Assembly: GCA_944371325.1 (NCBI GenBank)
Contig: CALVXO010000002.1
Location: forward strand, 42,081-106,080
DNA length: 64,000 nt
Direction of reading: 5' to 3'
Origin: an uncultured Bacilli bacterium
Lineage (GTDB): Bacteria; Bacillota_I; Bacilli_A; RF39; UBA660
Shown here piece by piece: positions 1 to 11,986 of the stretch; within the stretch, counting starts at the first letter, position 1; each line of letters starts with the position of its first letter. The position numbers and the translations under genes were made by a program. The notes below the pieces were generated by a model. It saw nothing but the letters and a program-made list of their open reading frames with translations. It made no database searches and was not told the DNA's origin.

Positions 1-630
1 TACTTCTTTTTTAACCATAAATCCTGTACCATTTATACTTGCAGATCCACCCATTTGCATACGAGCTTTACTAAAGAAAAAGTTTTGAATCCAATAAAAT
101 ATTGAGTAACTTCCACTTATCCAGTTATCCCCAGGGTTTTTACTATCTCTAAAGCCTTGAGCAACCTTATGTCCTTCACATAATGCATCATTCATTCTTG
201 CTAAAAATTCAGGATGAACAACATTATCAGCATCAAAAACTACATAAGCATCAATATCTTTACGTTTAGATAATTTTTCTAATGTAAATTTTAAAACTTC
301 TCCTTTTGATTTAGTTGGAACAGTACATTTTATAATTTCTGCTCCAGCCTTTTTTGCAACTTTTTCTGTATCATCAGTACAGTTATTTGGTATTACATAA
401 ACATCAAATAAATCCTTAGGGTAATCTTGTTGTAATAAACTTTTTACTAAATGTTCAATTACTCCTTCTTCATTTCTTGATGCTATTAAAATTGCAAACT
501 TATGCTTTGGTTTATGTTTTTTTATTAATTTTTTATTAATATTTTTAAATCCAAAAAAACCAGTTATAAAAAAGTATAAGCCATAAGCCAAAGAAATTAT
601 AAATAAAATATAATATATAAATTGTATCAT
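1..630 (-). CDS. Family-2 glycosyltransferase, N-terminal part (gene continues past the left edge of the window)
   Basis: Own minus-strand translation from ATG at 630-628: MIQFIYYILFIISLAYGLYFFITGFFG (TM helix) ...FAILIASRNEEGVIEHLVKSLLQQDYP...YVVFDADNVVHPEFL...QGFRDSKNPGDNW. This is a GT-A fold with a DAD (DxD) motif, like PgaC/IcaA-type GT2 enzymes. The frame is open to position 1 and is absent from the supplied track. Confidence 0.7.
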   Translation of the reverse strand, partial: MIQFIYYILFIISLAYGLYFFITGFFGFKNINKKLIKKHKPKHKFAILIASRNEEGVIEHLVKSLLQQDYPKDLFDVYVIPNNCTDDTEKVAKKAGAEIIKCTVPTKSKGEVLKFTLEKLSKRKDIDAYVVFDADNVVHPEFLARMNDALCEGHKVAQGFRDSKNPGDNWISGSYSIFYWIQNFFFSKARMQMGGSASINGTGFMVKKEV

Positions 631-689
631 TAAAATTCACTCCTAAAACATGACAACTACATTATACCATATTTTAGAAATTTCGCAAA

Positions 690-1127
690 TTATAAATATT
701 TTTTTAATTGAGTAATAGATTCTTGTTGAAATTTTAAAAAATCTTTAGCTAGTTTTATATTTTTCTTATTAGCAATTTCATCATATTGACTTAATTTTTT
801 TTCAACATCTAAAACTCCCATCGACATTCCTTTTATAAGCATATCAGCTATACTAGCATCACTATTATCACTAATAACTTCTTTTTTTATTCCCATACTA
901 GCTCCCATTTTTGAAAAAATTGATGTTTCCTTTGGCTTAACACTTTCTTTTTTCAACTGTTTCTTTAAATCTTTATAAAATATTTCATATCTCTTTAATA
1001 TATCTTCTGCATCTTTAATTATTTTATTATCTTTTCCTTTTAATTCATTAATTAATTTTTCTAATGTATATTTTGCCATTTCACTAATTTGATAAATATA
1101 CTCTAATAATTCATTATTTTCATTCAT
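690..1127 (-). CDS. Hypothetical helical protein
   Basis: ORF from the track. Start moved to the ATG preceded by GGTGA (MNENNELLEY...). Lys/Glu-rich and predicted all-helical; no motif recognised. Confidence 0.4.
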   Translation of the reverse strand: MNENNELLEYIYQISEMAKYTLEKLINELKGKDNKIIKDAEDILKRYEIFYKDLKKQLKKESVKPKETSIFSKMGASMGIKKEVISDNSDASIADMLIKGMSMGVLDVEKKLSQYDEIANKKNIKLAKDFLKFQQESITQLKKYL

Positions 1128-1191
1128 TTTAATCACCATTTATATAATGGTTTACTTTTAATTATTTTATACAAATTAAACAAAAAAAGAA

Positions 1192-1626
1192 TTATTTTTC
1201 TTCTAATTCTTCATCTGATAAAATTGATAAATCTTCCATTTCTTCATCTACATCATCTAGATTTTCATCTTCAATAACAGAATCAATATCATCTTCATAT
1301 TCATCTACTTCTTCTTCATCATCAGTATCTTCTTCGTATTCTTCTTCATCTTCGTCTTCGTCCATTACAATGTCAACAGGATTTTTTTCTCTTAAATCCC
1401 ATTCATTAGTATCTAGAAAAACAAATCTTTTGTCTGTTGTTAATGAAGTATAAAAATCACCAATTTTATTAACATATTCATCATCACTATACTCTAATAA
1501 ATCACATATTTTTTTAAATATTGTTGGAGTATTTAATGGTTTATTTTCTTCTTTTAAAATTAATTCAGTTAAATCAGCATAAGATAAAATTTCTAAATCT
1601 TCTTTAGCCATGTTTTTAATTAACAT
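1192..1626 (-). CDS. rpoE: DNA-directed RNA polymerase delta subunit
   Basis: N-terminal HARE-HTH-like domain (LSYADLTELILKEENKPLNTPTIFKKICDLLEYSDDEY...FYTSLTTDKRFVFLDTNEWDLRE) followed by a long Asp/Glu tail, the typical RpoE architecture. AGGAGGA lies 4 nt before the ATG. Confidence 0.85.
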   Translation of the reverse strand: MLIKNMAKEDLEILSYADLTELILKEENKPLNTPTIFKKICDLLEYSDDEYVNKIGDFYTSLTTDKRFVFLDTNEWDLREKNPVDIVMDEDEDEEEYEEDTDDEEEVDEYEDDIDSVIEDENLDDVDEEMEDLSILSDEELEEK

Positions 1627-1722
1627 AATTCCTCCTTGTATAAAATATCATCATAATTTTAGCACATTTTTAAAATGTGTCAATACTATTTTTATAATAT
1701 GTTATAAGTTTTATAAAATATA

Positions 1723-2079
1723 CTATTTATTTACACTTTCAAGTTTAAAAATTACATCTTGTTCTGTTGTTAAAACATTATACTTTAAAATAATTAAATC
1801 ATCTTCAATTATTAAATAATCTGTTAATATTTCTAAATCAATTTGACTATTGTTTTCTTTTAATAAACATTTACCTTTTGTAGTTTGATCTGGTATAAAA
1901 TTCATTTCAATTAAGCAATCTTTATTTTCTCTTACTATCTTAAAGTCATTTAAAAATATAGTTGTTTTATATTCTTTTTCTTCGTATATTATTTTATCTT
2001 TATTTTTTAAAGCAATATATTTTTCTTCACTAATATTTTTATTATTTTTTAAAGTTACAATTATATTAATTTTGCTCAC
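1723..2079 (-). CDS. DUF1934 (YwiB-like) beta-barrel protein
   Basis: 118 aa. Its size, alternating beta-strand pattern and position directly upstream of rpoE match YwiB/DUF1934 in other Firmicutes. Assigned by resemblance only. Confidence 0.45.
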   Translation of the reverse strand: MSKINIIVTLKNNKNISEEKYIALKNKDKIIYEEKEYKTTIFLNDFKIVRENKDCLIEMNFIPDQTTKGKCLLKENNSQIDLEILTDYLIIEDDLIILKYNVLTTEQDVIFKLESVNK

Positions 2080-2169
2080 AAAATCACCTTAAGTAATTAT
2101 ATCATAAAACATTTAAATATATACTTATAATTTTTAATTTTTTATTAATAATAAATATAGGTGAACGTT

Positions 2170-4116
2170 ATGAAAAAATCAAAAAAAATTTTTAAAATAT
2201 TTTTATTTATAACTGTCTTTATGGTTGCAATTTATGGAGGTATTTATTTATATGCTTGGATGAGCCCAAAATTAACTGTTAATAGTTCTAAAAGTTATTA
2301 TTTTTACGATAAAGATGAAAACTTAATTACAGGTACTGATGAATGGATCAGTTATGAAAATTTAGATCAAGATATTATAAATGCAACGGTTGCTATTGAG
2401 GATAGACATTTTTTTAATCATCAAGGTTTTGATTACTTAAGAATTGCTAAGGCACTTTATAATAACATAAAAAGTAACTCTAATGGTGAAGGAGCTTCTA
2501 CTATAACTCAACAATATGCTAAAAACTTATATTTAGATTTTGATAAAACTTGGGAAAGAAAAATAAATGAAGCATGGTTGACAATTAGATTGGAAACTCA
2601 TTATTCTAAAGAAGAAATTTTAGAAGGGTATTTAAATACTATTAATTATGGTGGAATATTTGGTATTGAAAATGCTAGTAAATACTATTTTGGAAAAAGT
2701 GCTTCCGATTTATCATTAGGTGAAGCAAGTATGCTTGCTGGTATTCCCAACCGTCCTAGTGAGTACTCGCCTTTTGTTAATTTAGATTCAGCAAAAAAAA
2801 GACAAAAAGTAGTATTAAATTCTATGGAAAGAGATGGTTATATTACTGAAGAACAAGTAGAAACTGCTTATAATGAAATTTTAGTTTTTGATGACAAAAA
2901 TGATGATGATGAATTAAATTCAATAATGTATTATCAAGATGCAGTTATCGAAGAATTACAAGCAATTGAATCTATTCCTTCATCATTATTAAAAACTGGT
3001 GGTCTAAAAATTTTTACTAGTTTTGATCCTAAAGCTCAAGAAGCAATTGAAAAATCTATAAAAGAAGACATTGAAACAGATATCCAAGTTGCTAGTATAA
3101 TAATGGATCCAAATAGTGGTGCTATATTAGGTCTTGTCGGTGGTGTTGATTATAGTAAAAGTCAATATAATAGAGCATTATCGAATAATAGAAGTGTTGG
3201 ATCAACTATAAAACCGTTTTTATATTATGCGGCTTTAGAAAATAACTTTACTGCATCTACTACTTTTACTAGTGAGAAAACTACTTTTGTGTTTTCTGAA
3301 AATCAAACTTATAGTCCAACTAATTATGGTGATGAATATCCTAATAAAGAAATATCATTAGCTAATGCAATTGCGCATTCAGACAATATATATGCCGTAA
3401 AAACTCATCTATTTTTAGGAACTGATGTTTTAGTTGATACTATGAAAAGAGTTGGTGTAAAAACTAAATTAGATAGTATTCCTTCTTTAGCTTTAGGTAG
3501 TCAGCCAATAAGTTTAATAGAAATGACAACCGCTTATGCTGTATTAGCAAATGAAGGTCATAAAGTAGAACCACATTTTATTGAAAGAATTGAAGATATA
3601 AATGGAAATGTATTATATGAATATAAAGCAACTAATGAAACAGTTTTAAATAAAAGTATTACATTTATTTTAAGTGAATTATTAGCCAATACATCTAATC
3701 CTAATTTTATTGATTATACTTACCCTACTTCTTATGTTATTTCTAATAAATTGACTAGAAAATATGCTATTAAAACAGGAACTACTGAATACGATCATTT
3801 AGTGTTTGGATATAATAAAGATGTAGTTGTTAGTGTATGGAGTGGCTATGATGATAATCGAGAATTAGAATATGGAGATTCTACTACTAATAAAAATCTG
3901 TGGGCTGATATTACTGAAAAATATCTTGAAGGTAAAGAAGATAATTGGTATACTATGCCAAATAATGTGGTTGGTGTTTTAGTAAATCCTCAAACAGGTA
4001 AAATTGCAAATAAAAACGACGAAAAAAGTGTTATACAATATTATTTAAAAGGAACTGAACCTTCAAATGACTATAATTTAGATGATGCTGTTCCAACCAT
4101 AAAATATGAAGAATAA
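2170..4116 (+). CDS. Class A penicillin-binding protein (glycosyltransferase + transpeptidase)
   Basis: GT51 motifs EDRHFFNHQGFD and GASTITQQYAKN. Transpeptidase motifs SxxK (GSTIKPF), SxN (HSDN) and KTGTT. N-terminal TM anchor. Start set at the ATG after AGGTGA (the track start 2161 is GTG). Confidence 0.9.
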   Translation: MKKSKKIFKIFLFITVFMVAIYGGIYLYAWMSPKLTVNSSKSYYFYDKDENLITGTDEWISYENLDQDIINATVAIEDRHFFNHQGFDYLRIAKALYNNIKSNSNGEGASTITQQYAKNLYLDFDKTWERKINEAWLTIRLETHYSKEEILEGYLNTINYGGIFGIENASKYYFGKSASDLSLGEASMLAGIPNRPSEYSPFVNLDSAKKRQKVVLNSMERDGYITEEQVETAYNEILVFDDKNDDDELNSIMYYQDAVIEELQAIESIPSSLLKTGGLKIFTSFDPKAQEAIEKSIKEDIETDIQVASIIMDPNSGAILGLVGGVDYSKSQYNRALSNNRSVGSTIKPFLYYAALENNFTASTTFTSEKTTFVFSENQTYSPTNYGDEYPNKEISLANAIAHSDNIYAVKTHLFLGTDVLVDTMKRVGVKTKLDSIPSLALGSQPISLIEMTTAYAVLANEGHKVEPHFIERIEDINGNVLYEYKATNETVLNKSITFILSELLANTSNPNFIDYTYPTSYVISNKLTRKYAIKTGTTEYDHLVFGYNKDVVVSVWSGYDDNRELEYGDSTTNKNLWADITEKYLEGKEDNWYTMPNNVVGVLVNPQTGKIANKNDEKSVIQYYLKGTEPSNDYNLDDAVPTIKYEE

Positions 4117-4202
4117 ATGTAAAATTTAAGATATTTATTATATATTATTGTCTAATATTTATTGTTAATGATATAATATAATAAGAAAAGAGGATAGATA
4201 AT

Positions 4203-5558
4203 ATGAATAATGATTCATTAAATAATATAAGTAATAATCAACCTGTGCAACCAACTCAACCTGTGCAACAACCACAACCTATGCAACAACCTCAACCTGT
4301 GCAACAAGCTCAACCTATGCAACAACCACAACCTGTGCAACAACCACAACCTGTGCAACAACCACAACCTGTGCAACAACCACAACCTGTGCAACAACCA
4401 CAACCTGTGCAACAACCACAACCTATGCAACAACCACAACCTATGCAACAAGTTCAACCTACACAATCTTCTCAATCAACAAATAAATTAAATATTGTAA
4501 ATCCATTAAATCCAAATGAAATTATTAAAACAGAAGATTTAATTGAAAAACCAAAGCAAGAAAATGATACAAATCAAAAAACTGAAATAAATGAAGTAAC
4601 TGATAATAATCAATATGAAAGTAAACCAAAAAAGAAATCTAATAAGTTAATTATTTTATTGTTATTGTTAATTGTAATAATTGGTATAGCCGCTGTAGTA
4701 TATTTTACTTTTTTTAACAATCCAAAAACTGAAACAGAACCAGTTCCTACGCCAGCACCAAATGAATCAACTGAAGAAAGTGAAGTAACATTAATTACTT
4801 TAAATGACATATTAAATAATTTTAACAACAATTCTACAATTAAACAATTACAAGAAACAAATGAAATAACTGCTAATATAGAAAATAATAAATTAATTAT
4901 ATCAGTAAAAGCAGAAAATCAAGAACCTACTTTATATGAATATACTTTAGAAAATAGAAATTTAAAAACAACTTTTAAAACTACTGATTTAACTGCTAAT
5001 ATTATATTTTTAGTAATTGCTGATAATATTGGACAATTTCATGGAACGGAAGAAAATGAAACATATAATTTCTTAAGTTCTATTGATTTTACAGCAGCAC
5101 AAGTTGATGGAATATCTTATACATTAAACAATGATAATGTTGAATTAAGTATAAATATTGATAAAAAAATAGATACTTCTAGTTTAAAAACAATGTATAT
5201 TGAAACAAATGATTTAAAGAAACATGAGAGTTTCATTAAAGATTCAGGTAGTATACAATTTATAAAAGGAAATTTATTATTTTATAAGCAAGGTGATGAT
5301 AAAACAACTACAATTATTATTGCTGAAAAAGATAATTTGTCTAATTTAACATATAATAGTATTTTATCAGTTGTTGAATTTTTATATCCAAATGAGTTGG
5401 AACAATTTAAAACAAGTTATCCAGAATTAACTACTATTTCATTTAATAGATATACAATTACTGAAAATCCTGAATTAACAGGTGAATTTATCAAATATTT
5501 TGAACAATATCAAAATGATTATAAATTTATAGAAATAAAAATAAATAAGGGTGCATAA
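4203..5558 (+). CDS. Bitopic membrane protein with an N-terminal Pro/Gln hexapeptide repeat
   Basis: 451 aa. Residues about 13-88 are QP[VM]QQ[PAV] repeats. One TM helix (LIILLLLLIVIIGIAAVVYFTFF) is followed by a roughly 280 aa extracytoplasmic domain with no recognised motif. Confidence 0.6.
   Translation: MNNDSLNNISNNQPVQPTQPVQQPQPMQQPQPVQQAQPMQQPQPVQQPQPVQQPQPVQQPQPVQQPQPVQQPQPMQQPQPMQQVQPTQSSQSTNKLNIVNPLNPNEIIKTEDLIEKPKQENDTNQKTEINEVTDNNQYESKPKKKSNKLIILLLLLIVIIGIAAVVYFTFFNNPKTETEPVPTPAPNESTEESEVTLITLNDILNNFNNNSTIKQLQETNEITANIENNKLIISVKAENQEPTLYEYTLENRNLKTTFKTTDLTANIIFLVIADNIGQFHGTEENETYNFLSSIDFTAAQVDGISYTLNNDNVELSINIDKKIDTSSLKTMYIETNDLKKHESFIKDSGSIQFIKGNLLFYKQGDDKTTTIIIAEKDNLSNLTYNSILSVVEFLYPNELEQFKTSYPELTTISFNRYTITENPELTGEFIKYFEQYQNDYKFIEIKINKGA
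4239..4466 (+). repeat. Tandem 18-bp in-frame repeat, about 12 copies (caacctgtgcaacaacca-type units)
   Basis: Directly visible near-identical 18-mers with V/M and P/A/V codon variants. This repeat also creates the spurious antisense ORF 4218..4475. Confidence 0.95.
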
Positions 5559-5570
5559 CCCTTATTTTTT
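5546..5570 (+). terminator. Rho-independent terminator between convergent genes
   Basis: TAAGGGT-gcata-ACCCTTA followed by TTTTTT. It overlaps the stop codons of the PQ-repeat gene and dnaJ. Confidence 0.6.
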
Positions 5571-6647
5571 CATATAATTATTAAATTTATTAAATTCTTT
5601 TGTTTCCAAATCAGTTTTAGCTAATTGTTCAAATAATTTCTTTTGATCACGTGATAATTTATCTGGAACAATTACATTTAAAACAACATACATATCACCT
5701 TTACGGTAACTATGAACATCTTCAATACCTTTTCCTTTTAATCTTAGTTTATCCCCAGTATTGCTTCCTGATTCAATGGTTAATTTAACATTACCACTTA
5801 TCGTAGGAATTTCTTTTTTACATCCTAGTACAGCTTCGGTAATAGTTAAAGGTACTTCTAAATAAATATCGTTCCCTTCTCTTTCAAATAGTTCATGTGG
5901 TAAAACGCGATATTCTAAATATAAATCACCACTGCCATATTCACTATATTCTCCATAGCCAGATACTCTTTGTTGATTACCAGTGTTAACACCAGCTGGT
6001 ATTTTAACTTCAATATCTTTGTTTACTTTAATTTTGCCAGTACCAGAACATTTAGAACAACTTCTTTTATAAGATCTTCCTTTACCTTTACATTTAGGAC
6101 AAGTTGTTTTTGTCATAAAAGTACCAAATAAAGTTCTTTGTTCGGCTGCTACTGTACCAGTACCATGACAAGTTGGACAAACACTTTCATCAAAGCCACC
6201 TTTACCATGACACTCACTACAATCTGTGTATGTATCTAAATTTATTGTTTTTTTACATCCAAAGGCAGCTTCTTCAAAAGTTAAGTCGACACGCATAACT
6301 TTATCTCTACCTCTTGATTTTCCTCTAGATCCACCACCAAAGTTGAAACCAAAGCCTGAACCAAATATATCACTAAATATATCAGAAAAATCAAAGCCAG
6401 AGAAATCATAACCACCAGCACCATTATTTTCAAATGCAGCATGACCATATTGATCATATTGTTTTCTTTTTGTTTCATCAGATAAAACAGCATAAGCTTC
6501 TTGGCACTCTTTAAATTTTTCAGCAGCATTTTCTTCTTTAGAAACATCTGGGTGGTATTTCTTAGCTAATTTTCTAAAAGCTGATTTTATTTCATCTTGA
6601 CTAGCAGTTTTAGGAACACCTAATATTTCATAATAATCTTTTTTCAT
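5562..6647 (-). CDS. dnaJ: Molecular chaperone DnaJ
   Basis: J-domain with HPD (KYHPDVS), a Gly/Phe-rich linker, and four CxxCxGxG zinc-finger repeats ([32 protein letters not shown]). Confidence 0.97.
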   Translation of the reverse strand: MKKDYYEILGVPKTASQDEIKSAFRKLAKKYHPDVSKEENAAEKFKECQEAYAVLSDETKRKQYDQYGHAAFENNGAGGYDFSGFDFSDIFSDIFGSGFGFNFGGGSRGKSRGRDKVMRVDLTFEEAAFGCKKTINLDTYTDCSECHGKGGFDESVCPTCHGTGTVAAEQRTLFGTFMTKTTCPKCKGKGRSYKRSCSKCSGTGKIKVNKDIEVKIPAGVNTGNQQRVSGYGEYSEYGSGDLYLEYRVLPHELFEREGNDIYLEVPLTITEAVLGCKKEIPTISGNVKLTIESGSNTGDKLRLKGKGIEDVHSYRKGDMYVVLNVIVPDKLSRDQKKLFEQLAKTDLETKEFNKFNNYMKK

Positions 6648-6658
6648 AACAACACCTT

Positions 6659-8452
6659 CTACATAAGTTCTTTAAATTGTTCAATAAAGCTATCAAACAT
6701 TTTGATTGCTGATTCGATAACATCTTTTTTAGTAACATCAATACCAGCTATTTTAAGTTCATTAACAGGATAATCAGATCCGCCACTACTTAAGAATTTT
6801 AAATAGTTTTCTAAAGCATGTTCTTTTTTATTTAATATGTTATCCACAATATAACATGCACAAGATAAACCAATTGCATATTTATAAACATAGAAATTGT
6901 AATAAAAATGTGGTATTCTTTCCCATTCATATTTTATTTCATCATCAACTACGACATCTTTTCCAAAGTAATCTAAATTCAATTTATAATATTCATTACA
7001 TAATACTTCGTTAGTTAATACGCCACCTTTTTCTTTTAAACTATGCATATCTCTTTCAAATTCTGCAAACATAGTTTGTCTATAAATAGTAGCTTTAAAT
7101 AAATTCATTAAATTACTTAAAATATATTTTTTATCTTCTTTACTTCCTTTGTTTAACAAATGAAAATTTAATAATAATTCATTTACTGTTGATGCTACTT
7201 CAGCAACAAATATTTTGTAAGAAGAATATTGGTAAGGATTATTTAAACAAGAGTAATAAGTATGCATAGAATGACCTAATTCATGAGCTAAAGTAGATAC
7301 ATCGTTAATAGTGCCTTCATAATTTAATAAAACATAAGGTTTAGTATCATAAAAGCCACTAGAATAAGCTCCTCCCCTTTTTCCTTTGTTATTATAAACA
7401 TCAATCCATCTTTCATCAAAAGCTTTATTTAGATTTTTAATGTAATCATCACCTAATACACTTAATGCTTCAATTACTAAGTCTTTAGCTTCTTCAAATG
7501 TATATTTTTTAGTGTTTTCTTCAACTAAATCAACATATTGATCGTATAAATGAAATTCATCTAATTTTAAGAAATCTTTTTTTAATTTGAAATATTTATA
7601 TAATACACTTAAATTATCTTTAACAGTTTTAATTAAATTATTATACACTTCTTTATCTACATTATCACTAAATAAAGCAGCTTCTAAACTTGAATCATAT
7701 TTTTTTAATTTAGCTAATGTTGTTAGTGTATCAACATTACCAGCAAAAGTTGAACTAATAGTATTTTTATACTCACCATAAGTAGTTAATATTTTATTAA
7801 ATGCTTCTTTTCTTACTCTTCTATTTTTAGAATGTAAAAATACACTATAGTTACTTTCTGTTAGTTCTACTTCTTCATTATTTTCATCTAAAATTAGTCC
7901 AAACTTCATATCTGAATCAGTTAATAATTCATAAGTTTCACTACTATTATTTAATGAATTACTTAAAGATGATAAGACTTCTTCTACTTCTTTAGATAAA
8001 ATATGTTTTTTAAATCTAAATAAATTACTTAAAATAAATTCATATTCTTTTAATTCTTTTTCTTCTTCATAATATTTTTCTATTAAACTATAATCTACAC
8101 TCATTAGTTCAGGTTCGGCATAAGCATCTAGTTCTTCAAATTTAGTTAATAAATTTTTAACTTTACCTAACATTGCTTGATATTTAGTATTAGTAGTATC
8201 TTGATCATTTTTTAAATTAGCATAGTAATATAATTTATATAATTTTCTTTCTAATTCATTAGATAACTTTAAATAACCTAACAAATTACTGGCACTTTTA
8301 ACTAATATATCTTTATATTTAGTTATATCATTTATTTCTTTACTTACTTTTTCATAATCTTTTTCAAAATCCTTATCGGTTTTGTAAATTAAAGTTAAAT
8401 CCCATGTATACTTAGTATCTATTTCATCTCTTTTTTTTTGTAATTTTCCCAT
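6659..8452 (-). CDS. pepF: Oligoendopeptidase F (M3B metallopeptidase)
   Basis: 597 aa with the HELGH zinc motif ([11 protein letters not shown]) and the downstream E of M3B. The N-terminus ([16 protein letters not shown]) is typical of PepF. Confidence 0.85.
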   Translation of the reverse strand: MGKLQKKRDEIDTKYTWDLTLIYKTDKDFEKDYEKVSKEINDITKYKDILVKSASNLLGYLKLSNELERKLYKLYYYANLKNDQDTTNTKYQAMLGKVKNLLTKFEELDAYAEPELMSVDYSLIEKYYEEEKELKEYEFILSNLFRFKKHILSKEVEEVLSSLSNSLNNSSETYELLTDSDMKFGLILDENNEEVELTESNYSVFLHSKNRRVRKEAFNKILTTYGEYKNTISSTFAGNVDTLTTLAKLKKYDSSLEAALFSDNVDKEVYNNLIKTVKDNLSVLYKYFKLKKDFLKLDEFHLYDQYVDLVEENTKKYTFEEAKDLVIEALSVLGDDYIKNLNKAFDERWIDVYNNKGKRGGAYSSGFYDTKPYVLLNYEGTINDVSTLAHELGHSMHTYYSCLNNPYQYSSYKIFVAEVASTVNELLLNFHLLNKGSKEDKKYILSNLMNLFKATIYRQTMFAEFERDMHSLKEKGGVLTNEVLCNEYYKLNLDYFGKDVVVDDEIKYEWERIPHFYYNFYVYKYAIGLSCACYIVDNILNKKEHALENYLKFLSSGGSDYPVNELKIAGIDVTKKDVIESAIKMFDSFIEQFKELM

Positions 8453-8472
8453 ATATTCTCCTTTACACTAGA

Positions 8473-8495
8473 AAGTTCTAGTTAATCTAGAACTT
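8473..8495 (-). other. Perfect 9-bp stem-loop between dnaK and pepF
   Basis: AAGTTCTAG-ttaat-CTAGAACTT. No U-run follows on the minus strand, so it is more likely a processing, stability or partial-attenuation element than a full terminator. Confidence 0.5.
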
Positions 8496-8497
8496 CC

Positions 8498-10318
<1,821 letters not shown>

Positions 10319-10328
10319 TCACCTTTCT

Positions 10329-10979
10329 TTATTCACTAACTTTAACCATTGCTGGTCTAATAACTTTATCTTTTAAAATATAACCTTTTTGTAGTACTTC
10401 AAGTACCATACCTGGTTCAACACCATCACGTTTCTCAGTCATAATAGCTTCATGATATGTTGGATCAAAAGGTTTATTGTTGCCATCTATTTCAATGACA
10501 CCATAATTTTTTAAAATGTTTACTAAATTACAATAAATCATTTTAAATCCTGATAAGAATTTAGAAACTTCATCATCTAAATTAGTATCATCCATCTTAA
10601 TAGCTCTTTCAAAATTATCTAAAATAGGTAATGTTTCTTTAATTAAATCTTCATTACAATATTTTAATAATTTTGATTGTTCTTCTTCTAATCTTTTACG
10701 ATAGTTTATAAATTCAGCTTTGCTTCTTAATAAGCTATCTTCTAATTCTTTAATTCTTTTTTCATGTGGTGGTTCTGGGTGCTCATGACATTTGCATTCT
10801 TCATGTTTTTGTTCATGATGTTCATGACATTTGCATTCCTCATGTTTATGTTCATGATGTTCATGACATTTGCATTCCTCATGTTTATGTTCATGATGTT
10901 CATGGCATTTACATTCTTCATGTTTATGTTCATGATGTTTATGATTTTCATGTTCTGGATGTTTCTTTTCTTCTTCCAT
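10329..10979 (-). CDS. grpE: Nucleotide exchange factor GrpE with an N-terminal His/Cys-rich repeat extension
   Basis: The C-terminal 150 aa is a canonical GrpE coiled-coil plus beta domain (LRSKAEFINYRKR...FDPTYHEAI). The N-terminal about 70 aa contains 4 copies of HE[HQ]KHEECKCHEH. Confidence 0.9.
   Translation of the reverse strand: MEEEKKHPEHENHKHHEHKHEECKCHEHHEHKHEECKCHEHHEHKHEECKCHEHHEQKHEECKCHEHPEPPHEKRIKELEDSLLRSKAEFINYRKRLEEEQSKLLKYCNEDLIKETLPILDNFERAIKMDDTNLDDEVSKFLSGFKMIYCNLVNILKNYGVIEIDGNNKPFDPTYHEAIMTEKRDGVEPGMVLEVLQKGYILKDKVIRPAMVKVSE
10779..10934 (-). repeat. Tandem 39-bp in-frame repeat x4 inside grpE
   Basis: Four near-identical 39-nt units are visible on the plus strand (catgacatttgcattcctcatgtttatgttcatgatgtt). 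They generate three spurious overlapping ORFs in the track. Confidence 0.95.
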
Positions 10980-10980
10980 T

Positions 10981-11973
10981 TTATTTACCTTCTTTCATAT
11001 TTTCTTTTATATATTCTAATAAAGAAACTACTTTATCGTATTCCATTCTTTTTGGTCCTACTAAAGCGATTGTTCCTTCTTCTCCTTGAGCATCATATTT
11101 CATTTTAACTATTGTTACATCATCATCAAATTCTGTTTCACTACCAATATATATGTTGATACCATTATCATTTTCTTCTATTTTATCAACTATTTCTTTA
11201 TCTTCAAATTTACTAATTATATCTCTTATTTTATCCGCATTATTAAATTCTGGTTGCATCAACATATTTTTTCTTCCTGTCATTGTAACAGATTCTTTAG
11301 CAAAATCGGTAAATGCTGTATAAAAAGCATTATATAATACTTCATGTTGTTTAACATATCTAGCTATAATAGGTTTTACTTCATATTCTAATACTTTACC
11401 TACTTCATTTAATTGTGTACCAATAATCATTTTATTAATCAAATCTACTGTTTGTTTAATATCATTCATTGATACATTTTCTTTAATAGTTAAGTTTTTA
11501 TGTTCAACATGACCTTTATCTGTTATAACAATAGCAATTAAATTATGTTCATTAATAGGAACAACTTCTACTTTACTAACACAATTATCTTTAGAAGATT
11601 TACCTAGAACTATTGCCGTTAAATTAGTCATCTCTGATACTATTTCCATACTTTTAGATATATAATCATCTAACATTAATGACGAATTATTAACAATTGT
11701 TTGTAATTTTAACATATCTTCACCATTTAATTCTCTAGGTTCTAAAATATGATCAACATAATATCTATACCCCTTTTCACTAGGTACTCTTCCTGAAGAT
11801 ATATGTGTTTTTTCTAATAGTCCAGTTTCTTCTAAATAACTCATTTCATTTCTTATTGTTGCACTTGAACAATTTAAATTATCACATATAGCTTTAGAAC
11901 TTACCGGTCTAGCAGTTTTAACATAATCTTCTACAATTATTTTTAGTAATTTAGTTTGTCTATCATTTAACAT
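10981..11973 (-). CDS. hrcA: Heat-inducible transcription repressor HrcA
   Basis: N-terminal winged-helix (LNDRQTKLLKIIVEDYVKTARPVSSKAI), length 330 aa, and position upstream of grpE-dnaK behind CIRCE operators. Confidence 0.93.
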   Translation of the reverse strand: MLNDRQTKLLKIIVEDYVKTARPVSSKAICDNLNCSSATIRNEMSYLEETGLLEKTHISSGRVPSEKGYRYYVDHILEPRELNGEDMLKLQTIVNNSSLMLDDYISKSMEIVSEMTNLTAIVLGKSSKDNCVSKVEVVPINEHNLIAIVITDKGHVEHKNLTIKENVSMNDIKQTVDLINKMIIGTQLNEVGKVLEYEVKPIIARYVKQHEVLYNAFYTAFTDFAKESVTMTGRKNMLMQPEFNNADKIRDIISKFEDKEIVDKIEENDNGINIYIGSETEFDDDVTIVKMKYDAQGEEGTIALVGPKRMEYDKVVSLLEYIKENMKEGK

Positions 11974-11986
11974 AAATCACCACCTT

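Noticed and set aside
1610-1819. 69-aa plus-strand ORF across the rpoE / DUF1934 junction
   Set aside because: It overlaps two minus-strand genes and their intergenic promoter, and has no RBS. It is an AT-rich antisense artefact.
4218-4475. 85-aa minus-strand ORF (RLWLLH repeats)
   Set aside because: It is the antisense reading of the 18-bp PQ tandem repeat. It has no RBS and lies entirely inside a better-supported plus-strand CDS.
6226-6547. 61-aa and 88-aa ORFs inside dnaJ
   Set aside because: These are an antisense frame and an alternative frame within the Gly/Phe and zinc-finger regions of a clearly identified dnaJ.
10742-11108. Three overlapping ORFs (69, 114 and 107 aa) across the grpE 5' region
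   Set aside because: They are alternative-frame or antisense readings of the 39-bp His/Cys repeat in grpE. Their low-complexity products (MNI/MFM repeats) show they are artefacts of the repeat.
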